Shown: positions 26,715 to 38,942 of the stretch, in pieces
How the letters are laid out: every line of letters starts with the position of its first letter
How positions within the stretch are numbered: position 1 is the stretch's first letter
Source: the human T2T-CHM13v2.0 reference genome, Homo sapiens
Length of the DNA stretch: 64,000 nt
NCBI RefSeq assembly: GCF_009914755.1
Contig: NC_060926.1
Strand: one strand, 5' to 3'
Made by a program: the position numbers and the translations under genes
Notes under the pieces: model-generated
Told to the model about the DNA's origin: nothing
Database searches by the model: none
Seen by the model: only the letters and a program-made list of their open reading frames with translations

Positions 26715-28588
26715 AAGGCTTTCATATTTTTAAAACTTTGAAGTACAGTGAGAAACATAATTTAGTAAGCAACTCAGTATGCACACACGGAATGGAAAAA
26801 GCTCTGTTCTATGTTATTTGTTCTATTTTGTTCAAGTCTAGCTCAATTTTTCAAAATGCTGGTCACAGCTCGCCAACTTGTTTTAATAACCAACTTATGC
26901 CTTTCCACTGCAATCTGGAGAGCTCAGCCTCTCAGGCTGCTGGTCCCCCTGTCAATCACGATACTTTGGCTACTTTGCTTTCTTCAATCAACAAGGCTTT
27001 ATCAAGAACTTATGGCTCTTTTAATTATCTGACTTCCTGGTCAATCAGCTTTGTTTGTGGTTTTAAATGACCACAGGATAGTAGAAGTGAACATAATTTC
27101 CTGCCTGTGTAAAAGGATGACATCAAGAGGAAAAGAAAGCAGCTCACTGGGTGAAGGACCTTGAGAAAGAGATGAACATTTCCTCTCTTGAGACACAGGA
27201 CAAACAAGGTCACGCCTGAGCTCGGCAAACAAGGACTTCGGTGCCTGCCTACGGCGCCATTGCGCCCTCTAGTGGCTGCTGAGGAACCGCTGTCCAGCCC
27301 GAAGCTCACAGAGCCCCGTTCAGGCTGCCGCAACCTACCTAGGCGGCCAGAATGGAGACTTACAGGTGGGCGGGCATCCCGGGGTGCACACATTACCTTC
27401 TCGGGGCTCTCCAACTTAAGGCCAAGGATATCTTTCTTCTTTTTCGGCTGCTGAGAAGGTGGAGATAGTGCCATTTTCGAATGTGTTCCTAACTCTTGGG
27501 CTTCTGAGACTGTCGCAGTCTGTCCAAGGGTGGTGAGTGGGGATCAGCAGGCCCTGTTTACTATGTGCTCGCAAGAGGGGACTGCGGTCATAGGGATTTC
27601 AGAGAGGTGGCCCTGGCGTCGGGCCCCTGGACTCCAGTCACAACTCAACCACTTGCTGAGGGAGTATGCTAGCTAAATCCCTCTTGCAAGTCAAAAACCC
27701 TGTGCCCCAGTTTCTTCCTCTGTAAAAAAGGGATAATACAATGTTGGTATCCTTATTGCCCACTACAAAAAGGGCCAGAGAATATGAACAGGACATTTAC
27801 AAAGTAAGGATTAATTCGTACAAAAGCCCGGTGAACGGAAAATGTGTGTAACATCACAAATGATCTGATGCCGCCAGGTAGGGGGGCATTTACCATGTGC
27901 CAGACAGACCCTAAGCTAAGCTCTTTAAGTACATTATCTCATTAACAGTCAATTATCCTATATCCTCTCCATTTTAAAATGAAGAAAGTAAGTGTGTAAG
28001 AGATTAGATAACCCACCCAGGGGTAACACAGTTGTTAGACATGGCCCCAGGGAAGTGTATCACCGGCTGGGTATTTCACGATGTTACAGCATTCCTTTTA
28101 AATTGTTAGGCATGATAATGGTAGCATTGTTATGTTTCTAAAAGCATCTTATGTGTTAGAGGTGACATACTGAAACATTTGTGAATGAAATACTATGATG
28201 TCTCGGATTTACTTCAAAATAATCCAGTGCAGGGAGTGGTGGAGGACATGAGTTTGTGAAACAAGACTGCCCATGAGTGAAGTTCATTCATGAAAACATA
28301 GAGCAGTTAAAAAAATTTTTAAAAACAAAGAAACTCGCAACCCTCAGACACTTACGCAAGTCTGCTGTGAAATAAGACATCCTGGCTATTCTGAAGAGCC
28401 GGATGAAACTAAGGATGGAGATTTTTGTTTTGCTTTCAAAATATAAACAGCTTTTTCCTCCCTGATTATTTGCTCATTGGGTAAATTTATGAAAACAGGA
28501 AGTTATAAAAATATTCATTATCCTTTTGGTGTATATATGAATATTCACATAGATTTGATCTTGCAATACCAATCTTAGATTTATGAAT

Positions 28589-29078
28589 TGCGTTAGTCAG
28601 GGTTTTCTAGAGAAACAGAATCAATATGACTTTTATATATATACAAAATTAAGAACTGTCTCCCATGATCATGGAGGCTGAGAAGGCCCACAATCCACTC
28701 TCTGTGGGCTGGAGACCCAGGAAGGCCAGTGAAATATTTCTTTAGTTGGAGTCCAACACCCTGAGAACCAGTGGCGCTGATGATATAAATCCCGGTCTGA
28801 AGGCAGAAGATGAGATGGTTCAGCTCAAGCAGTGAGTGAGGCAGATCTTGAAAAGGGGTGGAGAAGAATTCCTCCTTCTTCTGCTTTTTGTTCTATTCAG
28901 GCCTTGAAGGGATTTGGATGATGCCCACCTGCTCTGGGGAAGGCTCACTGTCTTACTGAGTCCATTGATTCCTGCGCTAATCTCCGCTGAAACACCCTTA
29001 CAGACACGTCCATAAATAATGTTTAATCTGGGCATCCTTCAGCCCAGGCAAGTTGACATATAAGGTAAACCATCACAT
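28589..29078 (-). mobile_element. MLT2 (ERVL) solo LTR
   Basis: tgcgttagtcagggttttctagagaaacagaa ... aagttgacatataaaggtaaaccatcaca; TG..CA ends; 5-bp TSD tgaat/tggat. Confidence 0.88.
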
Positions 29079-30035
29079 GGATGTTTAGGTTTGTTCTATT
29101 TGTTACTTTTACAAACAAAGTGCATTCATCTGATCATTTGCCTTAGATAAATTACTGGAAATAGAAGAATTTATCTTTTAAATAGATCTATTTATATCTG
29201 ATCATTTGATGCATTCTTCCAAATTTCCCTCCAGAAAGCTTGTACCAGTTGTGACTCCCACCAATGCTGGCTGAAGATGTCAGAAAGCAAAACCTATTCT
29301 AAGGTGTCCCAGGCTCAAGCCTGAGTTCCTAGTTTGGTAATGACACTGGGGAATTTCTTGTTTTATATATTTTTTGTGCATTTCAAAAGAAATGATCAAG
29401 AAGCTGTGATGGGATGTTTTTGGTCTTGAAGGACCTAGTAATACACTTCTCTGTTTCAAGGTGTGGCTGTGCAATTCCCAGCCCCACTAGTCCCCTGTCT
29501 TGTATGTTTATCCATTGTACCTTCTCTGCTGCTGGTGATTCTCAGTAGGGCACGTTCTCAAGCAGGCCTCCCTAGGGGTGGATGGTGCCATTGCTTCCAT
29601 CCAGTTGGATGGATCCTAAAAACTTAACAGGCCATAACACAGGGGTGGAGAAAGCTCAGAGCTCCAAACAAAAGGGGAGAACCATCTGGCCTTTCCCAGT
29701 ACCTACTCTAGTAGAGCAGGTTAATTAAAAACAGAAGCAACCATAAGACCTGACTGGTGTTATCTCTTTTCCCAGCCCCAACCAAGGCAAAACAACAAAA
29801 AAAGCCCATACTGAGACTCAGGGTCTTTTGTGTTTATGATTCCCATGTGTGTGGTCCCAGAGAGAAAGAGGTTGGAGGAGGCAGGGGCTTGAGGTCAGCA
29901 GGCTGCAGTGGAGAGCTGCTTTCCTGTGAGGAGGCTGAAGTCCCCTAAAACGAAGAGAAAGCTTGGGATGTTGGGCTATTCCCGACCCTGCTTTCATGTC
30001 ACTCTCTCTGATTTCATTTCACATATCACAGTTGA

Positions 30036-30363
<328 letters not shown>

Positions 30364-33300
30364 TAGAGACATTTCTAAAGGGGATGCTTGGAATCTTGAG
30401 AAGCCTGTAGGTCTTCTTGTAGGCAATCAATTATCTGCTCATTGAAGTAAGAAAGCCAAGTACTTGATTGGGGGCAGGTGGGTGGGCAATGGTAGGACAT
30501 TTACTCCCAGACCCCATGCTTGAAAATCAATTCTCTTTCCAGTTTTCCAACTTTTCTGTTTTAAGCAACATCAGTCAGGTGTCAGAATGCCCACAAAGCT
30601 TTTCTGATTGAATGAGTAATAGGTAGGCTCTATTTTATTCTGTGTGAAAATTAAGGGTCTTTATCTCTCAGCTCTTACCATGGCCAATAAATAAATGCTT
30701 TGGAAGGTACAGCTGTGGCCTTCTCTGGAATTGAGGACCCTCAGAACACTGCTGGCACCCTAGACCTTCCACAGAGCTTGGCCCAATGAATGAATGATGG
30801 GAACTTGGACGCAAGAGCAATGGTGAGATTTGCTCGGGTCTCTCCTGCCCAAGTTAATTTGCATATCTGTTGTATGGCTTCCAAGCAAGGTAAGGACAAT
30901 TTGGCCTAATTTTATTTGTATCTATAATCCAACCTAGGGGTTTGAAGGACAAATATCAAACAGTGGCAGATTTCTGTTTCAGTGTTGAGCACCGGGTGTC
31001 CCTTCAGGCCTTGTTCAAGGCAGCTCCCAAGAGTCCAGTGGGCAACCTAGTGTTAGGAGGGTGCCTGTCCCATCTCTCTAGGGTATGAGACCAAAAGATG
31101 GGCTTTGTTTGGTTTCCTGGAAACCTTGCCTCTGTGAAAGAGCATTCAGGGATCTCAAAGGACCAATCTTGTACTTCCCTCCATGCCACCTGTCTACCTT
31201 CCAAGCCAAAGGTGCATGGTAGCCACTTTAGGGGGAAATGAGAGAACTCAGGTAGTCATTTAGCCATACTATTCAAAAGTCCCAAACTGGCCTTTTGTAG
31301 TTTTGTTGTCACCTTCTGCCACTCATTGAACACATGGGCCTCCTATATAGATACAGAGGTGAGCATAGAGGCATGTCTCTGCCCTGATGGCATGCATGAT
31401 CTAATAGATGGAGGAGACAGCCACAAGGAAGGGGTGGGAAGATGGCTGGGGGTAGGGGAGTGAGGAGATGCAGAGAGAGAGCAGGAGGAAAATCATGGAA
31501 GAAAGCCATTTGATGAGAGACTCTCTTTTTCTCTTTCTTTTTAAAAAATGCAACACTAGTCACAAGGGGTTATGGCTGACCTGACTGTGACACCCCCAGC
31601 CCCCACCTGAGGAAGAGGCAACAGCTCCGGCACCTGTTTCTGACCTAGGGGCCAGGTGATGGCCCGGCTCCACACCACATCAGGCCTGAGTGTGGGAAAG
31701 CGTTGCGGCCAGGAGCCATCTGGGAGCTTGAAACAGAGCTGTGCTCTCCTCTGAGCTGTCTGGTTTCAATTAAACCCATGGCTAAAACCTCCACCAGGCG
31801 TGTCCATTTGGGACATTGTTTTGGCTTATTTAGAATAAATAATCTATCGTGGTTTTCCCTTGGTACTCGGGGAAATTGTCATCGGGTGAAACTAGCCTGA
31901 AATAAGTACTGAGATCATGCTTGGAGGTCCCGCTGGCCCGTGGGGAGGGGTGGCGGTGGCGGTGGTGCGGGGTGGAGGGAGGGTCGGTCCTGCTTTGCTG
32001 AGGACGGAGCGGCCTGGGAAAGAACGGCCTGTCTTCAGGGCTCGTCCTCGCCTCGCTCTGTCTGCCCCTGAGGGTCTGTCCGCCACAACACGAACCCTGT
32101 GGATGTTCCAGGGAGGTATCTGGTAGTCTGACCTCAGTGACAAAGAAGGGACCTTACAACCCAGGCAGATGAGCAGCGTTAAGTCCCAAACCCAAGTGAG
32201 GGCTCCAGCGATAGCCCCACGTGTCCCCCAGGGAGCGCCCTGGTGTTTTTCCTTCGCTTCCTAAAGGGATTCTAAAAAGAACATGCAACCTTGATTTGTC
32301 AGGAAGCAATAAAAATGCATGCAGAGAGCTGACTGGAGCCCGGATTGTACATGCCTCCTTCTTGCCTCAGAAACACAGAGGAATGAATGAATTAAAGACA
32401 CAACACTCAGCCCTAGGCTTCAGGATTGGATGGGTGAACATTTTGGGGTAGGCTTTTCTAGAGATGTGCCATCAAGGTAGGAAGAGTGTCAAATGAAATC
32501 TCACTTTATAATCACAACAGCCCCATAGACTGTTGTGGCAAGTGGAAGAGAGGTGTAGCCAGGTAATTGAGTTCAAGGCAGCATGGTAGAAACATGATTT
32601 TTTTTCCCCAAAGTCAAGCCCTTTTTTTCCATTAGGTAGAAGCTCCCTTCAGTTATTTCTGCTAGGTTTCATAGTTTTGCAGTCACTTCTGGTGCTTCGA
32701 AGAGTCATTTGGGGTTTATCAGATTCAGCTCTGGTTCATGTTAAAACTTTAATCATTTGATTCCAAGCTTTTCTTTTCCTCTACTCTGCTCATGGGAGAT
32801 GGGAGCTGAGACTAGTGGGTGGAATAAAGGTGGTGATGGGCTGCTGTCACACACCTGTCCTCTTCCTCCATCTCTCCCACCTCATTTGGAGCAGTGAGAG
32901 ATAAGTGAAAAAACCATGTCTACATCTTTGACTACATATGATGGCTCTGCCTGGGGTACCACAACTGCCATCCCTGCTCATTGCCCAAGGGCATCAAGTG
33001 GATGGATGGTGACACCTTCATGTCCTACAAGAGGCTCATATCTGAGGAGAGACCCTGGCAAAGGTGGGTTTTGGAGGGACCCAGCTGTGCTTTCAGGCGG
33101 CCATGCAGTGGGTGGCCTCACATGCACACCTGTGGGGCCTGTGCTGCTTTGTGCCTGGAGCTTCTAGCTCAGTTTCCCACCACAGTCTACCTTCAGGTCT
33201 GCAGGTGCGCTGGGGCTCCATTTCCCTACTTTCTTAGGAATCAGAACCTCTGGTGGCATGTGCCCAACTTTGAGGGGAGCATGCATTCATGGCCCACTCC

Positions 33301-33764
33301 ATTGGGCAGGGCCTCACCACACCACCTCTTCTCAAGTCTACTTTTCTCTAGTTCAGGGACTCAGGGACAGACAGTACAGTGAATCTACCAGCTAATCAGG
33401 TGCACAGCAGGAATCAAAATCCAGTCCCACTTTATTGATGGCACTCAAAGTTTTGGAATAATTCTCTTGGGGATCTCCCCTCACCCCGGTAGAGTGAGGA
33501 AGAAATAAGCTGTTTTCATGAACCAAACACAAAGGCCCAAAGACGACCCGTGAGCTCTCCTCATATGTGGAGTGGTTGTTCATTGGGGTGGGGGTGTGGG
33601 TGGGGCCAGTTCCTAGGGAACATCCCTCTCAGTGGGCTTGTGGCTGGTGCTCAGCATGTTCTGTCTTCAGCCTCAGCCTCTGCTGAAGATCTTGAACAAG
33701 AGGAAAGATACTGTGTGGCATCTGACACCATATTTTCTAAAAGAACTTCTGGAAACCAAAGAAA

Positions 33765-34330
33765 AAAGACAATAGAAAAATGGACAAACAATATAAACAG
33801 GAAATTCAAAGCCAGAGGACACCAAATAATCAAGACCCATAGGAGAGCCCAATCTCACTAATAATAAGGGACATGTCATTACACAATAGTTACTGCTTTA
33901 TATCTTGCAGATTAGCGAAGTTTAAAGGGCCTGGCAATGTTGGTGAGGTCATGGGGCAGTAGGGATGCTTCTCTGTTGAACTTACTGCTCACTGGTAGAA
34001 TCACTGTGGAGAGAGCATTTAGCCATAATGCTCATAGCTGTTCTAGGCACATAGCCTAAAGAAGCTCTCATTCATGCAAATAAGGGCATGTGCATACGAA
34101 TATTTATTGATGTGTTATTTGTAACTGTGGAATTTTGGAAGCAGACTAAATATGTCTGTGGATAAGAGTACAGAGAAGCTGTGTACATCCCCCAAATCCA
34201 CTATTATCTGCAGTTTAAAAAGAATGAACTTCAGATACATGTATGAACATGGGTAAACTTCAAGCCATGTTGATAAAAAGTTTCAGAATAATATGCACAA
34301 TATTTATATTAGTTATATATAGCAAAATAT
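33765..34330 (+). mobile_element. Old L1 (L1ME-type) 3' fragment
   Basis: caatagaaaaatggacaaacaatataaacagg, aatctcactaataataaggga, gcagtttaaaaagaatgaa. Confidence 0.6.
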
Positions 34331-35399
34331 AACATACAAAACAGATTCTAAGATTGTCTCACAAGGTTACTTGTGAGTTTATCATAGTCTTATTCACTTC
34401 CAGCTTTAATGTAGGATGCTTTTGTTACCTTATTCTGGGCTCAAGCTTTTGGGAACAGCTTATATCTGAAACACCAAAGGCCATTGATTCTGTGTCCCAA
34501 ATAAAAGCCTGCTATTGGCTTGAATGACAATAACAGACTTTTATTATTGACAACAATAATAAAATTGATGCCTATTGCTTGATACTGTGTCTCAGTTAGA
34601 CCTGGCTTTCTATATAGGCAGTTACCTACCCAGTAACATTTTAGAGATGCTGAAAAGCTGTGTTGCTCTAAAACATCTCTGGGGGAGACCAGTCTACTAC
34701 TACATACATTTCTAGAATTAAAATTTTAAAATAGTTAATGTATGCAATCAGCAAGAGTATTTTATTAATGTCTCCAACAGCTTCATTCACACACTTGCAA
34801 GGGTACATTTATTTGATTGCATTTCAATTTGATGGCTGAGATAGAAAGGAGACAAAATGGAAGCTTTGTTATAGGAAAGGAGTACAGAATTGACATTTAG
34901 TGTGGGCTGCTGTGGGAAGAAGGCATAAGTGGGCACCACTCTGGGGATGACGTTACAATGTTCTTTGGACAAAAGGACAAGGAAGGACAACTTTGAATGA
35001 ATGCAGGTGTTTTGTCTAAACATATAAACAAGTCACAGCAAACTACACTCGGCATCATGAAATGGTGCTGCTGACCACTATAGGGATTCATGTTTTGTTG
35101 AGCATTTAGTATGTGCCAGGCAGTGGCTGCACAAGCCTTTACAAGAACCTTCTGAGGTATATATTGCACATTCCTATATATCAGGCTTTAGAGAGTTTTG
35201 ATCGCTTTCCCTAGTACTCCATAGTATTTGAACCCAGGGCTGGCTGACTCCAAAATTCAATAAGCCATAGTGCCCCTAAGTGACAGTTTCCCTCCTACTC
35301 TATAGTTTATTCCCGGAGAATGTGTAAGTTTGTAATAGACTACACTTTGGGTATGAGCAGTACATTTTCTCACCCTTCCTTTGATTCCACTAGGAAGCT

Positions 35400-35863
35400 T
35401 CCTGTGTGCATTTGGCTCCTGTGAGTCCATGCCCAGGCTTGGTCAACCCTAACATGGTACAGCTTGCACAGTTTGTAGGCAGCTTTGCAACACAGGATAG
35501 ATGAACCTAAATCCTCGGAGATTCTTTTCAGCTGGATTAGGTGGGAAAAATTGTCTCTCTCTTGCTCCCTCTCCTACTCTGTCTCTGAAATGTGGGTATA
35601 GCTTTGCTGGTAGCAGTCTTTCCTTCCACAAGGATAGATTTTGTTAGCGTCAAGAATGAATCATGTCAAAAGTGAAGAGTCAAGAGATAAGCAGAATCAG
35701 AGAAGGAAAGAGAGACCAAGAGAGATCTGTGACATTGTTTGAGTCCCTGGATCCTGTCATGCCTGAATTCCTTGGAACTCTGAAGTTTAGGAGTTAACTA
35801 TTTCTCATTTCTGCTTAAATTTGGTTTCTGTTTCTCACAATGGAAATAATCCTAACAAATACA
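35400..35863 (+). mobile_element. Old MaLR (MLT1-type) LTR
   Basis: tttgagtccctggatcctgtcatgcctgaa ... ggtttctgtttctcacaa...atcctaacaaataca resembles MLT1 3' ends. Confidence 0.5.
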
Positions 35864-36056
35864 AGCCTCAATATGTTAGTCTTTTCCTGCAGACTTCTTT
35901 CTGATTGATATCACTGTAGCAATGTGAATTTTTCTATGAAATCATGTAAGTTTCTCTCCTTGGAAAAGAGATTAAAAAGCCATACTAGGTTTGGGGTTCC
36001 TATCATAAGTGTGTTTGGGTATAAATTATACAATGGCTCAAAAGTAACATAAAAAA

Positions 36057-36545
36057 TTTATTTTTGGGGGCAGTGCACACTTAGGGCATGAAATCCGGCG
36101 CCTCAGTCCACTGCTGGGATGCCACTGGTGGCCATCATCTCCTCCCAGGCTCCACATCTGAGCCTTGTACAGAGCGATGTCATTGCAAACCCTGCAGTGG
36201 TTCAGCCTGCAATCTGGGCATTCTGGGTTGAGGGGGGGCACTGAGTCCCATGCACTTTCCTGGTTTTCGGTCTGTGTCTGGGTCCCTCTTCCTTGGTCCC
36301 TGGGCAGCGTGGTGAATGAGATTCCGAAACCTGGCGTCTCCAGGCTCCTCCAGGTTACCATGCCAAGACATGGGCTTCCTGGTGATCTGTGGACCTCGTG
36401 GAGGGGTTCACGTGATACCGCGCATAGACGTTCTGGGCTGGTAGCCCTTTGAGGTACAGCTCCTGCAAGATCTGGTTCTGACGGACCTCATCCTGGATCA
36501 CCTTCTCCCTGGGGTGTCCCGCCATGGCCTTGGCATTGCTCCATC
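36057..36545 (-). pseudogene. FAM183DP: Processed pseudogene of FAM183A/CFAP144 (ciliary protein)
   Basis: ATG at 36525. Three minus frames piece together [31 protein letters not shown] / [31 protein letters not shown] / [39 protein letters not shown], collinear with recalled FAM183A. No introns; frameshifts near 36390-36405 and ~36280; expected stop reads TGG (36122-36124); AATAAA at 36062-36057. The symbol comes from recalled map position. Confidence 0.9.
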
Positions 36546-36602
36546 GGGTTCGATGCGCTCTCTGCTCCCTTGTGCCTCTCTCCCTGGCCCCGGGCTTCTG
36601 CC

Positions 36603-36641
36603 TTCTCCAGGCAACGGTGTCCCACACGGTCTCCAGGCTAC
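36603..36641 (-). promoter_or_regulatory. Two RFX X-box-like motifs
   Basis: Minus strand GTAGCCTGGAGAC (36641-36629) and GTTGCCTGGAGAA (36615-36603), each one mismatch from GTTGCCTGGAGAC. Confidence 0.5.
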
Positions 36642-37101
36642 AGCACTCCCACAGCCCCAGCTCCTGGCGACCCAGCCCTTACCCCAACCGCCCGTGGACA
36701 CCTCCAGGAAAGGGCTTCCTGTCACGGGACAGACCCGGAGGTCATGGGCATGTGGTTAGGCCTCACCTTGGCCAGTCGTTTCTCTCCCAGCGAGCAGAGG
36801 CGCTGCTTCCTCGTGCTCTCCCTTCTCTGTCTCGGGCCTGCAGTTTGCTCCGTGGTTCCAGACCAAGGCCCACGGGGAAGCCATTGCCAAATGCAGAGGC
36901 TGGCGCGGCTGGCTGAGCAGGCAGCGGAGGCCGAGGGTGGGTGTCCGTGGTCCTGCGTCCCCGTGTCCACAGCCAGGCCGCGGGGACCCTAGGGTCCGCT
37001 CCTTCGCTGCCCGAGCAGGGTGCCTGCAGGGGCCCCTCCGTGGGGTCGTGGATCGTCAGGGCCGCGTGGGTGGCTGGGCGGGGGCGGGCTGTAGGCAGCT
37101 T

Positions 37102-37452
37102 CTAAAAGCAGGGGCTGGGCGGGGGCGTGGGGGGATAGGGAGGGACGTAGTGGAAGTTGGGGCCCCAACGGACATGAGGGCGGCAGATGCAGATCTTATG
37201 AAGATTCAGGCAGGAAGAGCTCGGCAGGGCGATGCCCAAGACGGGGTAGTGGACGGGGACGAATTGGTTCAGAGACGGGTAGCAGATGGGGCAGAAGGAC
37301 GAGTAGGTGGGCTGGAACAGGAGCGTAGTCTGCGGGTCCAGAAACGGGGGACGGATGGGAGGAAAGAAGAGCCGACTGCCAGGGAGCTGCGGGGTGGCGC
37401 CGAGCGGGCGCCGGGGTTGGGAGGCGGAGAGGCGGGGCAGCTTTCGAGTCAT
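37102..37452 (-). CDS. Candidate small ORF, 116 aa, Pro/Cys/aromatic-rich, unknown product
   Basis: ATG with A at -3 (ctgaaaATGa) to TAG; ~94 of 116 codons end in G/C by hand count; no recognised homologue. Confidence 0.3.
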   Translation of the reverse strand: MTRKLPRLSASQPRRPLGATPQLPGSRLFFPPIRPPFLDPQTTLLFQPTYSSFCPICYPSLNQFVPVHYPVLGIALPSSSCLNLHKICICRPHVRWGPNFHYVPPYPPTPPPSPCF

Positions 37453-38070
37453 TTTCAGCGAGTGCAAAGCTCTCTCGTCGGAACGGTCGGAGTGCGCGGC
37501 GAGCGCGGGGCCTGCGCGGCTTTTATCTCCTCAGGGCGTTCCAGGGCGGAACGTGCTTTGTGACCTGCGCCCCCCGTGAAGCCGGGAGCCCCTCGCGAGT
37601 TGGCACAGGGCCCCGTCTCAGGGTTTAGGAGCGAACGGGGAAATGGAAGACAAAGGAAATGGGGGGACATAGCAACCCCTATTCTTGTACCCTGTAGTTT
37701 TGCCCTCAGTAGGCAAAGGCTGATCAGAGGGCTAGGATACAGTTAGAGGCCGGGGGCCTGGGGGAGCGGCTCTGAGCAGGATCTGGGAAAAGGGGACGAA
37801 GTCAGTGCCCCAGGCACCTTCCCTTAAGACAGCGCAGCGTTCAAAGCCCTTCAGTCCTTCACATCACTGCGGGAACATGCGCAATTAGACATGCTAGGTC
37901 CATTTTACCCATGGGACAGGAAGGACCAGAGAGGGAACTTCCATAGGCTGGCGGTGGTGACAAAGCAGGTGGGGCTAGAACTTGGGTCAGGAGAGGGCAG
38001 GTAGGAGGGAAGGCAAAATGCCCCAAGCGCGCACCAGCGGCCTTGCCTCTCCTGCATGTCTGGACGGGGT

Positions 38071-38084
38071 CCTGCAGGGGGCGC
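38071..38084 (+). promoter_or_regulatory. CTCF core motif candidate
   Basis: CCTGCAGGGGGCGC versus consensus CCASYAGRKGGCRS (one mismatch), at the edge of the CpG island. Confidence 0.55.
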
Positions 38085-38164
38085 GTCAGAGCAGACCTGG
38101 GCGTTTCCTAGCTTACCCTTGGTCCCCGTATTCCTTGGTTTGAAGCTTTACTCTTTAAAATACT

Positions 38165-38942
38165 TTTTTAAAAATCTTTAAATATTTATTTTATTTCATT
38201 TTAGATTCCTGGGTACATGTGCATGTTTGTTACATGGATATATTGCATAATGGTGAGGATTTGGCTTCTAGGGTACCCATCACCAAAATATGAACATTGT
38301 ACCCAATAGGTATTTTTTATCCCTCACTACCATCCCACCCTCCTCCATTTTGAAGTCCCCAATGTCTGTTACTTCCATCTTTATGTTCATATGTACTCAT
38401 TGTTTAGCTCTCACTTTTAAGTGAGAACATGCAGTATTGTACTTTCTGTTTCTGAGTTATTTTACTTAGTATGATGGCCTCCAGCTCCATGATGTTGATT
38501 CAACGGACATGATTTCATTCTTTTTTATGGCTATATAGTATTCCTTACCATATTTTCTTTATCCAATCAACTGTGGCTGGACATTTAGGTTGGTTCCATG
38601 ATTTTGCTATTGTGAATAGTGCTGCAATAAACATCTGAGTACAAGTGTCTTCTTTAATGTAATGATTTCATTTCCTTTGGGTAGATTCCCAATAGTAGGA
38701 TTGCTGGGTCAAATGGTAGTTCTCTTTTTAGTTAATTGAGAAATCTCCACACTGTTTTCCATAGAAGTTGAACTAATTTACATCCCCACCAACAGTGTAT
38801 AAGCGTTCCTTTTTCTCTGTGTCCTTGCGTTGTTTTTTTTGACTTTTTATTAACAGCCATTCTGACTGGTGCAAGATGATATCATTGTGGTTTTAATTGG
38901 CATATCTCTGATGATGAGTGATGTTTCATGTGTTTGTTGGCC
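38165..38942 (-). mobile_element. L1PA/L1PB-type 3' end, 5'-truncated
   Basis: gggtacatgtgcatgtttgttacatgg, aagtgagaacatgcagtatt, ggattgctgggtcaaatggtagttct, agccattctgactggtg. Confidence 0.9.

Larger units (their letters stand above)
36400..38100. promoter_or_regulatory. Intergenic CpG island
   Basis: Dense CpG and high GC, densest at ~36880-37640; GC boxes (ggggcgggg at ~37076, ggcgggg at ~37431). Confidence 0.8.

Noticed and set aside
27025-27474. 149-aa minus-strand ORF
   Set aside because: Composition typical of a random GC-rich frame; no recognisable family
36937-37563. 208-aa plus-strand ORF, the longest in the window
   Set aside because: GTG start; it is the exact antisense frame of the C3-biased minus ORF and is explained as its shadow in GC-rich DNA
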